In this document: piece after piece, positions 63,533 to 64,000 of the stretch
How positions within the stretch are numbered: position 1 is the stretch's first letter
Layout: every line of letters begins with the position of its first letter
Assembly: GCA_963725665.1 (NCBI GenBank)
Contig: CAVRZA010000003.1
Location: 224,001-288,000 of the forward strand
Source: an uncultured Actinomycetes bacterium
GTDB lineage: Bacteria > Actinomycetota > Thermoleophilia > UBA2241
Direction: 5' to 3'
DNA: 64,000 bases
Translations under genes and position numbers: made by a program
The notes under the pieces: model-generated
The model's database searches: none
What the model saw: only the letters and a program-made list of their open reading frames with translations
What the model was told of the DNA's origin: nothing

Positions 63533-64000
63533 TTACGGGCTCAGCGCGGGCACGACTTGGAGACCAGCTGATCCGGCCGCGACGTAGATGTAGTCGCGCA
63601 TGGCGAACACTGCCTCAGCCTCACCGGGAACCTGTCTGTTGGCGACCTCGACTGGCGCAGCCGGGTTCGCGATGCTGATGATCCTCACGCCGGCTGCACC
63701 GTCCGCGACGTAGGCGTAGGCGCCCGACACGGTGACGTCGCGGGCGTCCCCGGGTGTGTCCGACCCTCCAAGACGTGCAGGACTCGAAGGCGTCCTGAGC
63801 GAGAAGACTTCCAACCCGGCGGTTCCCTCCGCGACATAGCCTTGGCTCCCAGCGACTGCGATGCCACGGGCAGGACCGCTCGTAGCGGCGGTGCCCGCTC
63901 GAGATGGACTGGCAGGATTCAGGGCGTTGACGACCTGCAGTCCGCCGGCGTCGTCGGCGACGAGGGCGTAGCTGTCAGCGGCCGCGACGTCGGCCGACGA
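63533..64000 (-). CDS. LVIVD-repeat beta-propeller protein, C-terminal part (apparent frameshift near 63780)
   Basis: DVTVSGAYAYVADGAAGVRIISIANPAAP, YIYVAAGSAGLQV. Confidence 0.8.
   Translation of the reverse strand, partial: SSADVAAADSYALVADDAGGLQVVNALNPASPSRAGTAATSGPARGIAVAGSQGYVAEGTAGLEVFSLRTPSSPARLGGSDTPGDARDVTVSGAYAYVADGAAGVRIISIANPAAPVEVANRQVPGEAEAVFAMRDYIYVAAGSAGLQVVPALSP

Overview
High-GC bacterial chromosome segment, probably Actinomycetota (Thermoleophilia-like; taxonomy is my inference). The backbone is housekeeping: xerD-deoB-pnp-pdp, rsmD-coaD-yceD-rpmF-plsX-acpP-rnc-smc-ftsY-ffh-rpsP-khpA-rimM-trmD, then rplS-lepB x2-rnhB-yraN-comM-dprA-xerC-whiG-rpsB-tsf-pyrH-frr-uppS-cdsA-dxr-rseP-ispG, then repeat-rich surface proteins. 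A ~22 kb accessory block between trmD and rplS encodes anaerobic methylamine catabolism. It carries MtmB and MtbB methyltransferases, each with an in-frame TAG at the known pyrrolysine position, plus two corrinoid proteins, two APC permeases, an atypical Amt channel and a corrinoid:THF methyltransferase. Yet about half of the backbone genes end in TAG, so amber decoding must be conditional or context-dependent. Both Pyl codons share the context GGG TTG TAG G, a downstream hairpin and a local codon-usage shift. The mtbB leader looks like a translational RNA switch. No pylTSBCD genes were found in the window. Scattered single-base frameshifts look like long-read indel errors.
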